63,123 nt of DNA, filler included, from Reticulomyxa filosa (GCA_000512085.1; 18 parts of 18 records of this genome joined end to end with filler, not necessarily neighbours in it); one strand, 5' to 3'. Numbered from the whole stretch's first letter, positions 46,375 through 59,830 are shown. Numbers and translations: made by a program. Notes: generated by a model from the sequence alone, not told the origin.

Positions 46375-46571
46375 ACGAGTTTTATTACACAGTGTCCGTA
46401 TAATTGAACACTCTGATACTACAGATAAATTTGTATTTGTTTTTGATTGTACGACAAGAATAACAAGCTTTGTTCATAACCTTTGAAAGTGAGTTTAATA
46501 AGATGTTGATTTAGCTTAGTTTGTTCATTTTGTCTTTCACGGAGTTGCTGTATTTTAATTCGAGTAGCCAT
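46375..46571 (-). pseudogene. 5' remnant of a kelch paralogue
   Basis: Frameshifted DNA similarity to the CYSYH..KN.YKFIC.YP...L.GHCV.KLV segment. Same upstream motif as the other kelch copies. Confidence 0.75.
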
Positions 46572-48448
46572 GTTTTTAACGTTGCTGAATTTTTTTAAGT
46601 AGTTTTAAAAAAAGAAGGAACATGGTATGACCCTTTGAAAAAAGCAAAAACGGTATTTTACCTTAGAATAAATTATTCAAACAAAAACTTAGCTTTAAAA
46701 AAGTTTAAATTAGGACTAATAAAAAGGGTCAGATGATCAATTGGATATATGAATAACTTTAGTGTCCAAAATTAAATCAAAAATATTAACAAAAAGGAAA
46801 ATAAAAATAACTATTCATACATAGTTATAAAAATGATTAGATTTTTGCTCTTTGTACTGAAGTTATATGCCGAAAATCAACTTTTAAAATCAAACTTGAT
46901 CATTGACAAAGTGGTGCAATTGATCGTATGCTGGCCCAACAAGTGTGGTTGCGGTTGACAAGTTTCATAAGAGGGATCAAATACAAATTTTGTAAACAAT
47001 AAGATTTGTCTTATATGTTTACTTTGGAAAAAGAAAATATTTTGAATATTTTATCTCGTTTATTAGCTAGTTTTTTTTAAATCCCATGGGAAACACCGTC
47101 AAAAAAAAACAATAAAAAACAATCAATAAATACAATTTAAAGTAAAATATACCATTTCTACAACTTTTTTGTGATTGAACAAATGAACATTTTTTGATAA
47201 GATTATACCAAAAATCGAAGTTTTCGTTCACTTATTTTGTTTGATATTGGGAGGGCCCCCTTTGGGTAATGCCCGAAATGACGTGTTGCGGAAATTTTGA
47301 GGCCTTGCTATAGAAATCAATGGATCTCAAAGTGTTAGAGGTTAGTGATTTTTGATACGAAAGAAGATTTGAAATTTGCTTCGTTGACTCATTGCAAACT
47401 CTTAAGACCGTCGTCAAGTGTATGAGAGCAACGAAGAAAAAGAAAGAAATTGCTCAAGATACGAGCAATCGAAGAATGAGCACAAGAGTTTTTGTGTTGC
47501 ATACAAACTACGCAGTAGTCATGATCGGTATCAAATGATACGCGAAAACGGTTGGATGGAAAAAAAAATGTAATGGAAATATGGACGCTCAAGTGTGCGT
47601 CTCGTGATGGTATTGGACATATCCAAGCCGATAAAAAAAAGCGCTAATGAAGTGTGGATATTGTATTTTTCTCATGTCAGGAATCAAAGACGTGATGAAA
47701 AAGAAGTTTGGTTTCAAGTTTTTTTTCTTTTCTTTTTGGCGTGTGCAAGCAAAAATGTTTTTTTTTTTACGTATTCCTTATTTTTTTTGATAGGCTGAAA
47801 TCCTTAATTTCAAGACTCTTTCCGGGCTGCTTATAGAATGAGTGAAGTTGTGTAGCCTTGAATGCAGGCTAGCCGCAAAATCTTTAATGACGATGTGCAA
47901 CAAGTTCACTTATTTTAATGCTTAAAATTTGATGGAATGCTTGAAACAATAGAATGTTTGAAAAGGTGTCAATTAAAGAATTTAAGGGATCAACAAGCTT
48001 TAATTAAATAGTCAAAAAGGAAGAGGCGTCATTATCAACTTCTCCAACACAAATTTTTTTCTTTTTTTTGTAGAAGTTTATTAATGTTTAATTATTACTG
48101 CGACAATTCGTCTTTTTGTGCATAAGAGATTGCGTAATTAGATATTCATTGCACGCAAAATTCAAATATATCTAGTAGTGCCAAAGAAATATAGAAGTCT
48201 TTGAAAACATGTGACTACAAAAAAAAAAAGACAATGTCTTTGCCATGACTCCAATCTCTTCGCTACATCTATAAGTAAAAGTAAAAAAAAAATCATGCAA
48301 GNNNNNNNNNNNNNNNNNNNNNNNNNNNNNNNNNNNNNNNNNNNNTTAATTAATTAANNNNNNNNNNNNNNNNNNNNNNNNNNNNNNNNNNNNNNNNNNN
48401 NGACTATCTATAGAAGAACTCAATAAATTAAAAGTATAGAGAAGTTGT

Positions 48449-49324
48449 ATGAATAAAATCGGAATATTGGCTATATTAGTAGTCTTTTTCCCTTTTGTGT
48501 CTTTGGCATTGCCGAGCACAAATAGATTGGAAGAGCACTTAAAAATCGCTACGCAATATTACAAACAAGGGAAACTGGCATTGGCGGAAGCAGAATGCAA
48601 AAAAGCAGTAGAGCTTGATCCCAAAGATGCAATTGCACACGGTATCCTTGGGTCTGTGTATAACAACCAAGGGAAACTGGCATTGGCAGAAGCAGAATGC
48701 AAAAAAGCAATAGAGCTTGATCCTAAAAATCTTACATGGCCAGCTCCACAGAATATATATTCAGCAGACGAATTTGATCCGTCCCTAACGCCTACAGAAG
48801 AGCAACTTGGAGCCTATGATATGAACCCTAAGTTACCCATTTCTTCTGCTGAAAAAGTGGCTTATCTGGATGATGTAAAAACAGTAGAAGACTTCGGGAA
48901 AGAAGCGGAAGAAGCGAGAATAGAAGAGCTATCAATAATAATTTTGAAATCTAAAATTGGAAATTTACCAACTGGGCTTTTCTCTCCTGCTATTGATTAT
49001 GCTGATAGAATAGCTCAAGCTGTGGGGATAGGACGCGGGCTAGCAGCAAAAGCCACCGATGCATTTCGAGAGGTTCAAAAATACGAGATAAAAAGACTTG
49101 CTAAAATGGGCTCAGATCTTAAGACAGCTTACAAAATGGCTAGTGATACTAGAGATACTTTAAATTCTATAAAAGAAAGATTGGATGCACAACATGCTCG
49201 TGCAATGCGGAAACAGATTAAAGTACAAGCTAAAAAAGCTTGGGTGTCCCTATATGGCGATGCCAGGGATTTTGAGGGTCATTTTAATTTATGGTTTAAA
49301 AATCAAAAAGTATTACTAATATAA
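48449..49324 (+). CDS. Signal-peptide + TPR protein on a bacterial-looking contig
   Basis: N-terminus MNKIGILAILVVFFPFVSLA and two near-identical TPR motifs (QGKLALAEAECKKAxELDPK). The contig is intronless and lacks homopolymer tracts. Confidence 0.7.
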   Translation: MNKIGILAILVVFFPFVSLALPSTNRLEEHLKIATQYYKQGKLALAEAECKKAVELDPKDAIAHGILGSVYNNQGKLALAEAECKKAIELDPKNLTWPAPQNIYSADEFDPSLTPTEEQLGAYDMNPKLPISSAEKVAYLDDVKTVEDFGKEAEEARIEELSIIILKSKIGNLPTGLFSPAIDYADRIAQAVGIGRGLAAKATDAFREVQKYEIKRLAKMGSDLKTAYKMASDTRDTLNSIKERLDAQHARAMRKQIKVQAKKAWVSLYGDARDFEGHFNLWFKNQKVLLI

Positions 49325-50329
49325 GAAATAAAGAAGGCAGACTGCTTAGAAGGAAGTTTAATGAGGATAGCTTAGATACATGGCCTGAGATATTTAATCC
49401 TACTTTTTTAAAGAAGTATGCGAAACAACCAGGTGCTAATAATTTAGATGCTAACAAACAGCTGGATGTATTAGAAAAGAAATTAGAAGAGAAATTAGAA
49501 TATGGATTTTAGTAAATTAAAAAATGAAGAATTAGCATTAATAGATATAGATAAGCTTTCACCAGAACCGTTATAAAACTTTTTCTTAATCCCAAGAAGA
49601 ACGGATTAATGCTATAGTGTCATAGATAAAGTTTGTAACATTAACCTTTCTTCTTACGAATGCAAGCAAATCCTACTGACATTAATCTTGGCATACGATA
49701 TTTTCGCCGAAAATGTATAAGCAAAATTCGGTATTTATGAGGACAAAAAGTAAAAGGCACTGGAAACCCTCTATAGTAGACGATACAGAAAACCTTAAGA
49801 ACAGAGAACAATCTAAGAATAGGGAGCGTTTAAAGAACCATACGCGTCAAGTTAAGGGTTTATGACAATCAGTTTTATGGCAGAGAGTGTGGATATCCTA
49901 GTGTGTCTATACCTATNNNNNNNNNNNNNNNNNNNNNNNNNNNNNNNNNNNNNNNNNNNNTTAATTAATTAANNNNNNNNNNNNNNNNNNNNNNNNNNNN
50001 NNNNNNNNNNNNNNNNTGATAATGGACATAAATATTCTTTTGGAATATCATGTGGAACACATTCATTAGAATCAATTGGATATTTAGAACAAATTTGATG
50101 AAATGAATCATATATTCTTATTTTCTTCAAGCTATTTTTGTAATTTACAATTAAAATCTTTCAATAATTTGTTATCAAAAGTATGAATTTCATTAATTGT
50201 TATTAGTTTTTTCTCCTTTTGTTGTTTTTCAATTAATAAATCTCTTCAATAAAACAAAGATTATTATATTGTTCAATGCATTTTGTGCATTTTGAAATTG
50301 CTTCATCAACTTGTTTTTTTAATTTTATC

Positions 50330-51330
50330 TTTTCCAAAGACCAACTTCAAAATTTTTTTCACTGCAATTTGATCTTTGAGGAAAATATACAACACCAATA
50401 CATTCTTCCTTTCAATTCAAATTCTTTTTTCATCTTGTGCCTTAGCATATCTCTCCATACACTGTCATATGCTGACAAAATATCTAGTAGAACCTCATAT
50501 AAAACTCAATCATTATCAAAGGATGAATAAACGGATTTTGTTAATCCCAGCAAAACTCCAATGTATTGTGCCAAGATTGGAATATTACTTAGCATTGCTG
50601 CAATAGCTCATTTTCATTTAAATACCACATCAGTATCATTGTAATGATTCTTTCTAATAATTTCCCAACTCCAGATAATAATGAGATTGGCATGTAATTC
50701 TTGCAGATGCTATGGTCTATATCTGGTTTTGGAACAATATTTGCTCTTTTACATAGTCTTGGAACATATACAATCTTGAAACTCCAATTAAATAATATCA
50801 CCAAGAATCAATTAATGCTGTCCACCATTTTTGATCACTTGATTGTAAATATTATCTGGTCCTTGAGCCTTGTGGGATGAAATATAACTTAACGCATCGA
50901 TTACTTCCTCTTCACTGATATCCATTTAATGATTTCATCACATAATGGATAAATACTCATTTTTTCATCTATGTCCATTTCAATCATCGATGTAATTTCA
51001 TCTTCCACCAAATGATAATGCTATTTCGTTTCTTCAGAATAGCTCGGCGGTTGTGGGGATTGAGAAAACAACGATACCAACATTTCCGCCTTATCTTTGT
51101 CTTCATGTTGTCAGGAATAACTGAAATCTTGTTTGAGTTCGTCGATTTGAATTGACAAAATATCTTTATTGTATTTTCCTCTTTCAATGATTGAATACTC
51201 TTAATTAAATATTCTTGTTTCTACTGTCTCAATTTCCTTTTTAGTTGCATTGCTGTACGTTTGTATTTCTTGTATTTGTTTTAGTTCTGCATTTTCTATA
51301 CTTCCTTTCAATCGATGGAATTGCTTTCTT
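50330..51330 (-). mobile_element. Degenerate non-LTR (LINE) retrotransposon reverse transcriptase relic; limits approximate
   Basis: ISEEEVIDAL...KAQGPDNI...ILFNWS...ANIVPKPD...NYMPISLLSGVGKLLERII. These are LINE RT N-terminal motifs (KAPGPD, YRPISLL...KllEr) with stops and frameshifts. Confidence 0.85.
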
Positions 51331-52042
51331 TTTCTGTTAAGTGATTACCCTAAATTGAAGTTAGATTAACATATTTCGTCGTATTTCGAAATCGTCGAAA
51401 AGTCAACTAGCTTCAAACAAACAAAAATCTTCAAGACAAAGTCCGAACATTTTTTAAAATTTTTTGTAATGATAAAAATTTTTTTTACAGTTGGATTTTG
51501 TGATATTGTAACTGTAATGTTGTTTTTAACCTTTTTACTCTCTTTTACTGGAAATGAGCAACTTGTGTGATAGGGTATCGATCATTGTTTAGCCTTAAGA
51601 GTGTTCGACGCTTTCAGGGAAATTATCATTATCGAGGCAAATAACAGTCTTTTGTGTTTGACAGAACTCAGAGGGTCGGGTAACTTCTAATGGACTTCGG
51701 GCAAAACTGAAAACCATTCGCTGATAACAAGGCTTGTAAAGGCGATCCGGACGGTCGAGCAAAATATTTTTACACCAATCGGCTATACTGCAAACCATGC
51801 TGGGACAAAAAACCCAACATGGAATTGGATCAAGAACCCAATCTAATGGTAAGACAGACATGTTAACTACACTTCCGAACATGTNNNNNNNNNNNNNNNN
51901 NNNNNNNNNNNNNNNNNNNNNNNNNNNNTTAATTAATTAANNNNNNNNNNNNNNNNNNNNNNNNNNNNNNNNNNNNNNNNNNNNTTTTTTTTTTTTTGTG
52001 GTTCTTTTTTCTTAAAAAAAAAAAAAAACTGAAATGCTTAAC

Positions 52043-52501
52043 TCCCAAAACAATACACACCACACCAGCTGTGGTTAAAAGGGCAACAAATTTATCAAAG
52101 ACTTCGATCATTTTATGCAGCACATTACATGTGCTTGGAGACAAAGTACTATTACTACTACTGCTGCTGCTACTGCTTGACGAATTGGTTGAATTGTCAC
52201 ACAAAGCATTATACGCGTCTTGATATGTATACGTTCTCGTCTGTGACGAGTCGTTTATGAAAGGCTCTCCATTGGAAACCTTGCAATCAAAGAAGAACGA
52301 TTGCAAGTGCATCTTCGCGTCACAGTTAATGGTTGCGTTTGTTTTTAAGGTGATGCCGGCATATGTGACATACGCAGTACCTTTGGCGGTGGTTGACAAC
52401 AGTTCGTCTACTCCAAGACCAACAAGACCCAAAATACCGGCGATAATTTGTGCCACGCCGAGGACGAAAAAAATAATATTTTGTGGACAAGATTTGCACA
52501 T
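52043..52501 (-). CDS. Claudin/tetraspan-like membrane protein, 5' part
   Basis: N-terminal TM, a Cys-containing N-glycosylation-rich loop with poly-Ser, and a second TM (FVALLTTAGVVCIVLG) before an intron and the contig end. Confidence 0.5.
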
Positions 52502-53266
52502 TGGACCCACTACAGAGAAGGTACTAGAACAAAACTTAAAACGTAAAAAAAAAAAAAAAAACTACAAAAAAAAACCCGTATTTTTTTTTTTCCTCTTACA
52601 CTAAAAACTTGATGTCAACAAAAAAAATAATATTTCCTAATCAATTTTTTAAAGTGTTTTATTTTTGAAATTTGTTCACAAATGCTAGTGCAGCACGCTT
52701 TTTCTACTGCTAGAAGGTTATCCTCATTATGACTTTTTTACAAAAAAAAGTAAATGAATAAATAAAAGTTGTGTTTTGATATTTTTTCTAATGTAATTAC
52801 CTTTGCGACAAATGCAAAATTATTAATTTTGTGATATCAAATCACAGCAAAAAATATTGGCTGTTCATGAATATCTGTAAAAACTCGTTTCAGTGGGCGA
52901 CTGCATTAATCTTTTGTAACTTGATCAACAGATTGAAAACAAAGCAAATAAGCTAAGACATTAAAATGAAAGTGAAACATCTCAGAGAATTTTTTTGAAA
53001 GTGGTATTCGATCCTGAAAAACAACCTCAAAATGTTGGGCCCTAGTTATTAAGAAAGGATTTTGGATGTAAAAATTTTGAAGTATGATGTGAAAATTTAT
53101 ATATTTTGCAAACCATATTGACCAGTTGTTTTTTTTTTTAGGTGGTGTGTACAATTTCGAAAAGAAAAGTTCTGCACATACCAAAACTGATGATTAATTT
53201 TTAATTGGAAGTTGATTTGAACAAAAAAAACACCCTTTTTTGTTTTATTTTTTTAATTGTATAGTT

Positions 53267-54200
53267 TTAACGATTAAGTAATTCAGCTTTTTTCAGATTG
53301 GTTTCAATAGAGCTAACGACGTCGATATCATAACCAGCTTCATGAGGTCGGGAGACATACAAAGAAGTTTTTAATCTTGCACGTATTTTCTTTTCGAGGT
53401 CGTCAATTCTCTTTTGTGTTCTTTGCGTGTCTCTTTCATTGATGATTTTTCTACATTTGATATACACCACACCAAATTACATGTTACATAAGTGCCATAT
53501 ACATGTATGTATGTATACATATACATATATATATATATATATATATAAGTTTACCGATGTTCATTTTCAGCCTTTCTTGATTTGATCTCTTTCAAGTGTT
53601 GCCTCAAAGAATGCAAGTTATCGATATCTTGTTGCAAAACTCGTTTTAATTCAGTGGCACTCCACTCAACGGTAAGCTTTTCCTTGTTCCATTTTCCGGC
53701 AGGAACACGACTGCGATAAGGATACATGGTGGGTGGGATGGGTTTAGCATTGCTGGTTTTGCGATCAAATGGGAAATCTTTGGGATAAAATTTGTCCCAG
53801 AAGGCGATATTGTTTTGGTGATGTTGGAACCAGTACAAGGCAATGTTTTGCGAGTGTCGGAACATGCATTGCAAAATGGCCCATTCTTCAAACTCGACGC
53901 TACCACGAGGAGGGATATACTCGAACGCATGTTGCAACGCCAACTGTTCAACTTCCGTTCTCGCCTTTTCCATGCCGTTGGCAAGGATTGACGATGGGCA
54001 TACAGTGCAAAAGCTGGCCGCCTTGATCACCTCAATGAATTGATCGCGCGACAATTTCTTGCTGTCCACAAAGTCTTTCAATCCGGTTCCGGTCAGCAAT
54101 TGTTCGTACGTCTTTGTGTCCGGAGTTCCTTTGAGTATGTCCACATACTGTTTGTCCAACTCGGCAATATTTGATGGCACGTTTTTGCGAACCTCTTCCA
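53267..54200 (-). CDS. Hypothetical protein, last two exons
   Basis: A ~215-codon exon, an intron with a (TA)n tract, and a terminal coiled-coil-like exon ending at 53267. No family recognised. Confidence 0.6.
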
Positions 54201-54851
54201 ACTTACACACCACAATCCAAGCATATTTTATTTATTTATTTATTTAAATGTAGTTTTTTGATAATCAAATAATAAACAATTTACATATATTATATATATA
54301 TATATATATAATATATGTAAATNNNNNNNNNNNNNNNNNNNNNNNNNNNNNNNNNNNNNNNNNNNNTTAATTAATTAANNNNNNNNNNNNNNNNNNNNNN
54401 NNNNNNNNNNNNNNNNNNNNNNGCTGGTAACAAAGCTTTCTGCAACGCTTGAAGCATCTAACCTTTCTGAATTTAGGCAATATGAAATGTATTGCTCCTC
54501 CTCAAAATTTTGACTATAAACTTTGAAGTTTCTTCATTTCATTCTAAAGGGGTTGCTCTTTATTTTTTCTGAGTTCGGCAATAGTTTTAAATTCATGCAT
54601 TATGATTCTACGAAATTCTACGAAACAAAAAAATTGGCACCTATAATTTTTTTTAAATAACGTGTACCACATCAAATCAATACATTATTGTGGATTTATT
54701 CCAAAAGAATAATTCTACATAAAAAAAAAAGTATATGTACATATATACGTATGTCAAGTAAATTTTGAGATATAGCAATTGATCATATCAAAGTTAAGCT
54801 TGTTTAACTATTGTTGTTGCATGCGCAATCGTCGTGGTCGGCTGCCCTTTG

Positions 54852-55779
54852 TCATCTCCAATTTGCGAGCAATTTTGGGCAACGATAGGGGCTCAACATT
54901 ATCAATGCATTGAATGCCCCGTTGGTCAAATTGAAGCCGATTGTGGCCGAAGACAAACCAACAACTATCTTCCAACTATTTTTTGTGAGTGCACCAATTG
55001 GCCAATAATTACAATCACCTGGAGCATTAGTGTGTATGGATATTGCATCACATTCACACTGGCTTATTATAAGCCAATCTGCTGCCAGGATCTTGAAATT
55101 ACCCAGGCTATAATTCTTAGCACTTGCCACAATACCAAAAGCGCTACCAGTTCCATCTCTTGTGCTTATCTTGTCTTGGCTGTTTGCATCACTATTTTGT
55201 ACTTGGCTTGGGCACCACGTTTTGTTTGGACTCCTATTATTGTCTGTTGTATATTGTACATATACACACATACATATGAAATTGAAATATGTTATATTAG
55301 TATCAAATTTTTTTGTTCGTACTTCTATCAATATTTTTACTGTTTATCTAATTTTTTAATAGAAAGAAATCTAAATCGAAATTAATTGGAATTCATACTC
55401 TTTATTTTTGTGGATTGATCACGAGTTTTGGAGTCCATATTTTTATTCGCGATTTATGTAATATTAGTTGGCGCGATAGCTGATGCAATAGTTGGTGTGA
55501 TATATGATGCGATAGTTGGTGTGATAGCTAGTGCGATATTTGTTTGGTTGGTGTATTTGTCGATTTGGTAGTGGCTGGTCTGGATGTACCAGTCGAAAGT
55601 GGCCTTGTATTACGGAGTGACATTGTAACGCCAACTTTGAAATGAAAGACGTGCGCGTCACTTAAAATAAAGAATTGAAACGGCGTGATCGTATATCCAA
55701 CGCCAGTGCCAAAGAACTCCAACCTCGCCAAGAAAAGGAAAAAAGAATTTTTACTGCTGTCTAACAGCACAATCTTCAT
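54852..55779 (-). pseudogene. Disrupted Thr/Pro-linker + Cys-rich extracellular-like gene
   Basis: Short PTIASxI repeats (~55470-55540) are out of frame with the upstream ORF. The Cys-containing exon is interrupted by a stop at 54852. Confidence 0.3.
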
Positions 55780-58700
55780 AAAAATAACTTCTTTTTTATC
55801 AACATATTTTATTAAAAAACTGATAACTCTTTTTCATGGTAAAGAGGAAAAAAAAAGTTGATTTTTAAGAAAGATCTAAAAAGGAATGTGCAATTATGTC
55901 TAAATCTTTCCTTTTTTCTCGAACAAGCAGTATCCTTGGTGTTGGTTCAAAGACTCCCTCTCCTTTCCAACATGTGAGAAGTTTGGTGTGACAAATGGGA
56001 ACATGAGGAAAACGAGTAATTCTCGCGAAACGTAAACAAACTGAGTTGAATTGATTGAATTGTATTGAAAGGTTTTATAAACAAACCGAAAATGGAAAAG
56101 CCACCNNNNNNNNNNNNNNNNNNNNNNNNNNNNNNNNNNNNNNNNNNNNTTAATTAATTAANNNNNNNNNNNNNNNNNNNNNNNNNNNNNNNNNNNNNNN
56201 NNNNNGCGTTCAGTTTTCTTTGCAACATACTGTATTAATGTTTGATAGGCTTCCAAATATTACTTATTTTACACCATTTTGATTAAAAAATGTTATTTTA
56301 TTATTTATTTGTCAAAAAATGTAAATTGTTATAGGAATTGTACATGTACTTGTGCTCTAACTACAAAAAAAAAAAAGCATTTATTTTAAAAAATTGTTTT
56401 GGATTATGTTGTCCCATACATGTACAAAGAGACTCAATCAATATGAAACAAACACAAAAATTCTAGAATCCTTATCTCAAGATCAGAACGTGACCAAAAA
56501 AAGTCTTTAATCATTCTGAGTTTTTTTTAACTTTTAAAGTGTTCGATAAAACAACTACCTTCCTTTTTTTTTTAGTATTATTCTTTCATTTAATTTAAGA
56601 ATGAATAAAAAAAAAAGAAGATAGAAATTTGAACAGTTTTTTTGATCAATCTGATAAATATACATTTAATCCCAATTGGAATTGTTAAATTCGATCACTT
56701 CTTTTTTTATCGTCTTTCATGTATGAAATTAGATAAAAAGACATTTATATAGAATTTTTTTTTTTTATAATTACTTTCGTCAATCTAATTTTTTGTTTGG
56801 ATTAACGAATTGTCGCTCTTTTGTTCCGACTTAGCGTATACAACTCTTTTCTTTTCAGAATTTATACAATCTTTACAGATAAGAGTTATTACGTGTGATT
56901 CTTCAAATTATCTATTACCAAAGTTAGATCTTCTCACTGTCATTTCTTAAAAAAAATTTCAAATAATAAAAATACATTATGGACTGCTGCTATAGAAGAG
57001 AAACAATCGTATTCACGAAAAGTATGGCTATTGCATTTGAATCAATTATTGAAAAAAGTAATATCCACAAAAATTGCTTCTATTGTATCTACGAAGGGGA
57101 GGGGTGCCTTTTTTTTTCCCCTCTTTGAAACAAGAGACTCCTTTTTTTTTTTTTTTAAAAAAAAAGAATGATTCATGTACGTAAAAACAAAAACGTACAT
57201 ATAAAAATAATAAAGNNNNNNNNNNNNNNNNNNNNNNNNNNNNNNNNNNNNNNNNNNNNTTAATTAATTAANNNNNNNNNNNNNNNNNNNNNNNNNNNNN
57301 NNNNNNNNNNNNNNNCTCTAAATATCAAAATAATTCTTTGAATTTACTTTTTTTTTGTGATGTCGTTATGATTTCCGAATCCATAAGATTGGTGTGCAAT
57401 CTTTTTTTTCTCATTTTATTTCTCGTGATAAATGAAGAAATTGTTAATGTCAATGTTAGCCATTTAATTCAACAAGTATTGGCTCTTTACAAAGTTTTTT
57501 TTTTAAAAAATAGAATGTCTCGAATGACAGTTTATATTTCACGGAAAAAAAATTAAAATGTAAAAATGCTTTGTAAAAAAAATCAAAGAAACAATTGCTC
57601 GGAGCAAAAAAAATAATTTTCAATGGCAAGTTATTGTAACCCAAAAAATCACTTTAAAAATTAGTGCAACGCATTTCAGGCATTTGTCACTTATCAAAGA
57701 AATAAGCAAAAAAACATTTCATAAAAAAACAAGGTGATTTATGTCAATTGCCAAGTGAGAAAAGTTTGCTCCGAAAGATTGCTTAGTTTCTTCAATTTTA
57801 GTTGTGCCACTGTTTGTAAAGTGATACCGCAGAATTCATGTGTTATTCAGATTGGTTTTTGGTCCACAATACGATAATTGATTATATTTTCTTTAATAAA
57901 TTGTAGCAAAAATACTTTTAAAAAATATGAAAAGAAAAAGTAAAATATATCTCCTAAAAAAGTGTAATCCTTAAAAAATCTAACTTGACAGAATCCTTTT
58001 AAAATTAAAAAACTCGTACAAATGCATCAAAACAAAACAAAGTAAAATTGCAAGACAACATATTTAAGACGTTTCGATAATTTGTCGTCGACAATAAGAT
58101 TATGCTAAACTTGAATCCGAAAACAAAAAAATGCTTTTTCAATTTCTAGTCAAATTAGGGGTATCAATTCTATTCAGTTTGACTATTATTTACTAAATAC
58201 ATAATTAAAAAGTAAATTATACTATTAAATGAAATAATAAAAATTAGTTCATTGTGAATGTTTCTTTTTCTAAAATCACATAACTTTTGTTTGATAAACT
58301 ATATTTCAAACTAAAGGTTTAGAAAAAAAAAGTGTGATATTCCAATGCTGACTTTTTTATATGAGAAATATATTTCAAAAAGTCACAGTTGCGTTACAAA
58401 ATATAATGACAAAACAAAATGTGTTTGTATGAAAAAGTTATTCTATTCTAATTCGCATCAAGTTTTTTTATAGTATATTTTTAGGATACATTTTTTTCTT
58501 TTTAAAGGATAAACATTTGTATATATTAAAAGAGACCTCACATTCAATAAAAAAAATTTTACTGACATTGTTTGGAAGCTTACATTTTATTTGTCATTTT
58601 TCGTATGTTTTGACATGTACTTTTCATTCTCTTTCCAATTTGAAAAGGATATTTGCTTTTTTTTAATGTGTTTTGTAAAAAATGAAAAAGAAGACAAAAG

Positions 58701-59559
58701 CAAAAGAAATAGTTTGTTTCGGGCGCCACCTGAATCAAACTTTTTCTTTTTCGCTTTTCCATTCTTTTTCTTTAATATTTATGTAGCAACATATTTGTAA
58801 TTTGAAATTTGTTTTGCTTTTGCCAATTTTTTTGTAATATCAATATTTTCTCCAAGAAGAAATTTATAGCATAAAAAAAGAAGTGCATGAGATTAATTTT
58901 TCATTATTTGTAATTTGTATTTCAATTTAAATTCTTCGATTGCAATATTTCAAATTTTTTATTTGGAGTTGCTTATTTTTTTAATTACTATTGTTGTTAA
59001 TTTTGATCTGCAATTTGAATTATAATTTTTTTTATTACCAACACAAAGAAACGCTTTTTTATTGGAATTATTCTTTGTGATGTCCAAGATTTGTTTTTAT
59101 TCGTTTTGATTTTTTTGTTAGATATTAATGTAGAAAATTGTATAAGATTATGTTAATGGATATTTTGTTAATTATGTCTTTACATTTATTGTTTTTTACA
59201 AGTTTTGCTTACGGTAGTTATTTTGTTTGATATGCTTTGGATAGAACAGTAACTTTTTTATAGTATTTCTGAAGGAGATATATATGTTGTTGGACTGCGT
59301 GTATATTAGTAAATGCAGTAATAGTTTTAAAATATACCTAATTCATTTATTGGTCATATTCCAAGAATCTAGTTTTGATGTTTGTATAATCATTCTTGAT
59401 ACCGAATGAATAGCTTCATCTTCAACAGTTTTCCGTAGTTGTGAGTTGTTGTTATGGCTTCATCTCCCACTTGATCGAAGTCTTAGGCTTGGAGATATTT
59501 GTCTTTGTTTGATTTATTCACTTCATTGTCATTACATATTTAATCACCAATGTGTTTTT

Positions 59560-59830
59560 TTTTTCCACCAAAGACAACAAAGTGATTTCATTTTTGTCTT
59601 TATTGTGTTATCCACAAGTTTAACTACAATAGTATCCTAATAATTCAATGTCACTTGGATACTCACAGATAAACTTGTATTTGTTTTTAAGTGCATGATA
59701 AGAATAACAATCACTTTGTTTAGAGCCATCACAAATGAGGATTTCATGTTTGTGTAGCACATATTGAGATTGGTAAGTCCTTCAAATTTTGGATCAGAAT
59801 TGATTTTTGTGTTGTGTTTTGATTGCTCAT
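59560..59830 (-). pseudogene. 5' remnant of a kelch paralogue
   Basis: ATG AGC AAT CAA...VLHKHEILIC...CYSYHALKNKYKFICEYPSDIEL...EITLLS with frameshifts. Confidence 0.8.

Noticed and set aside
51560-51884. Possible rRNA or structured RNA fragment
   Set aside because: No universally conserved rRNA or tRNA motif could be recognised.
56206-57215. Whole AT-rich contig
   Set aside because: No ORF, repeat or motif that I could support.
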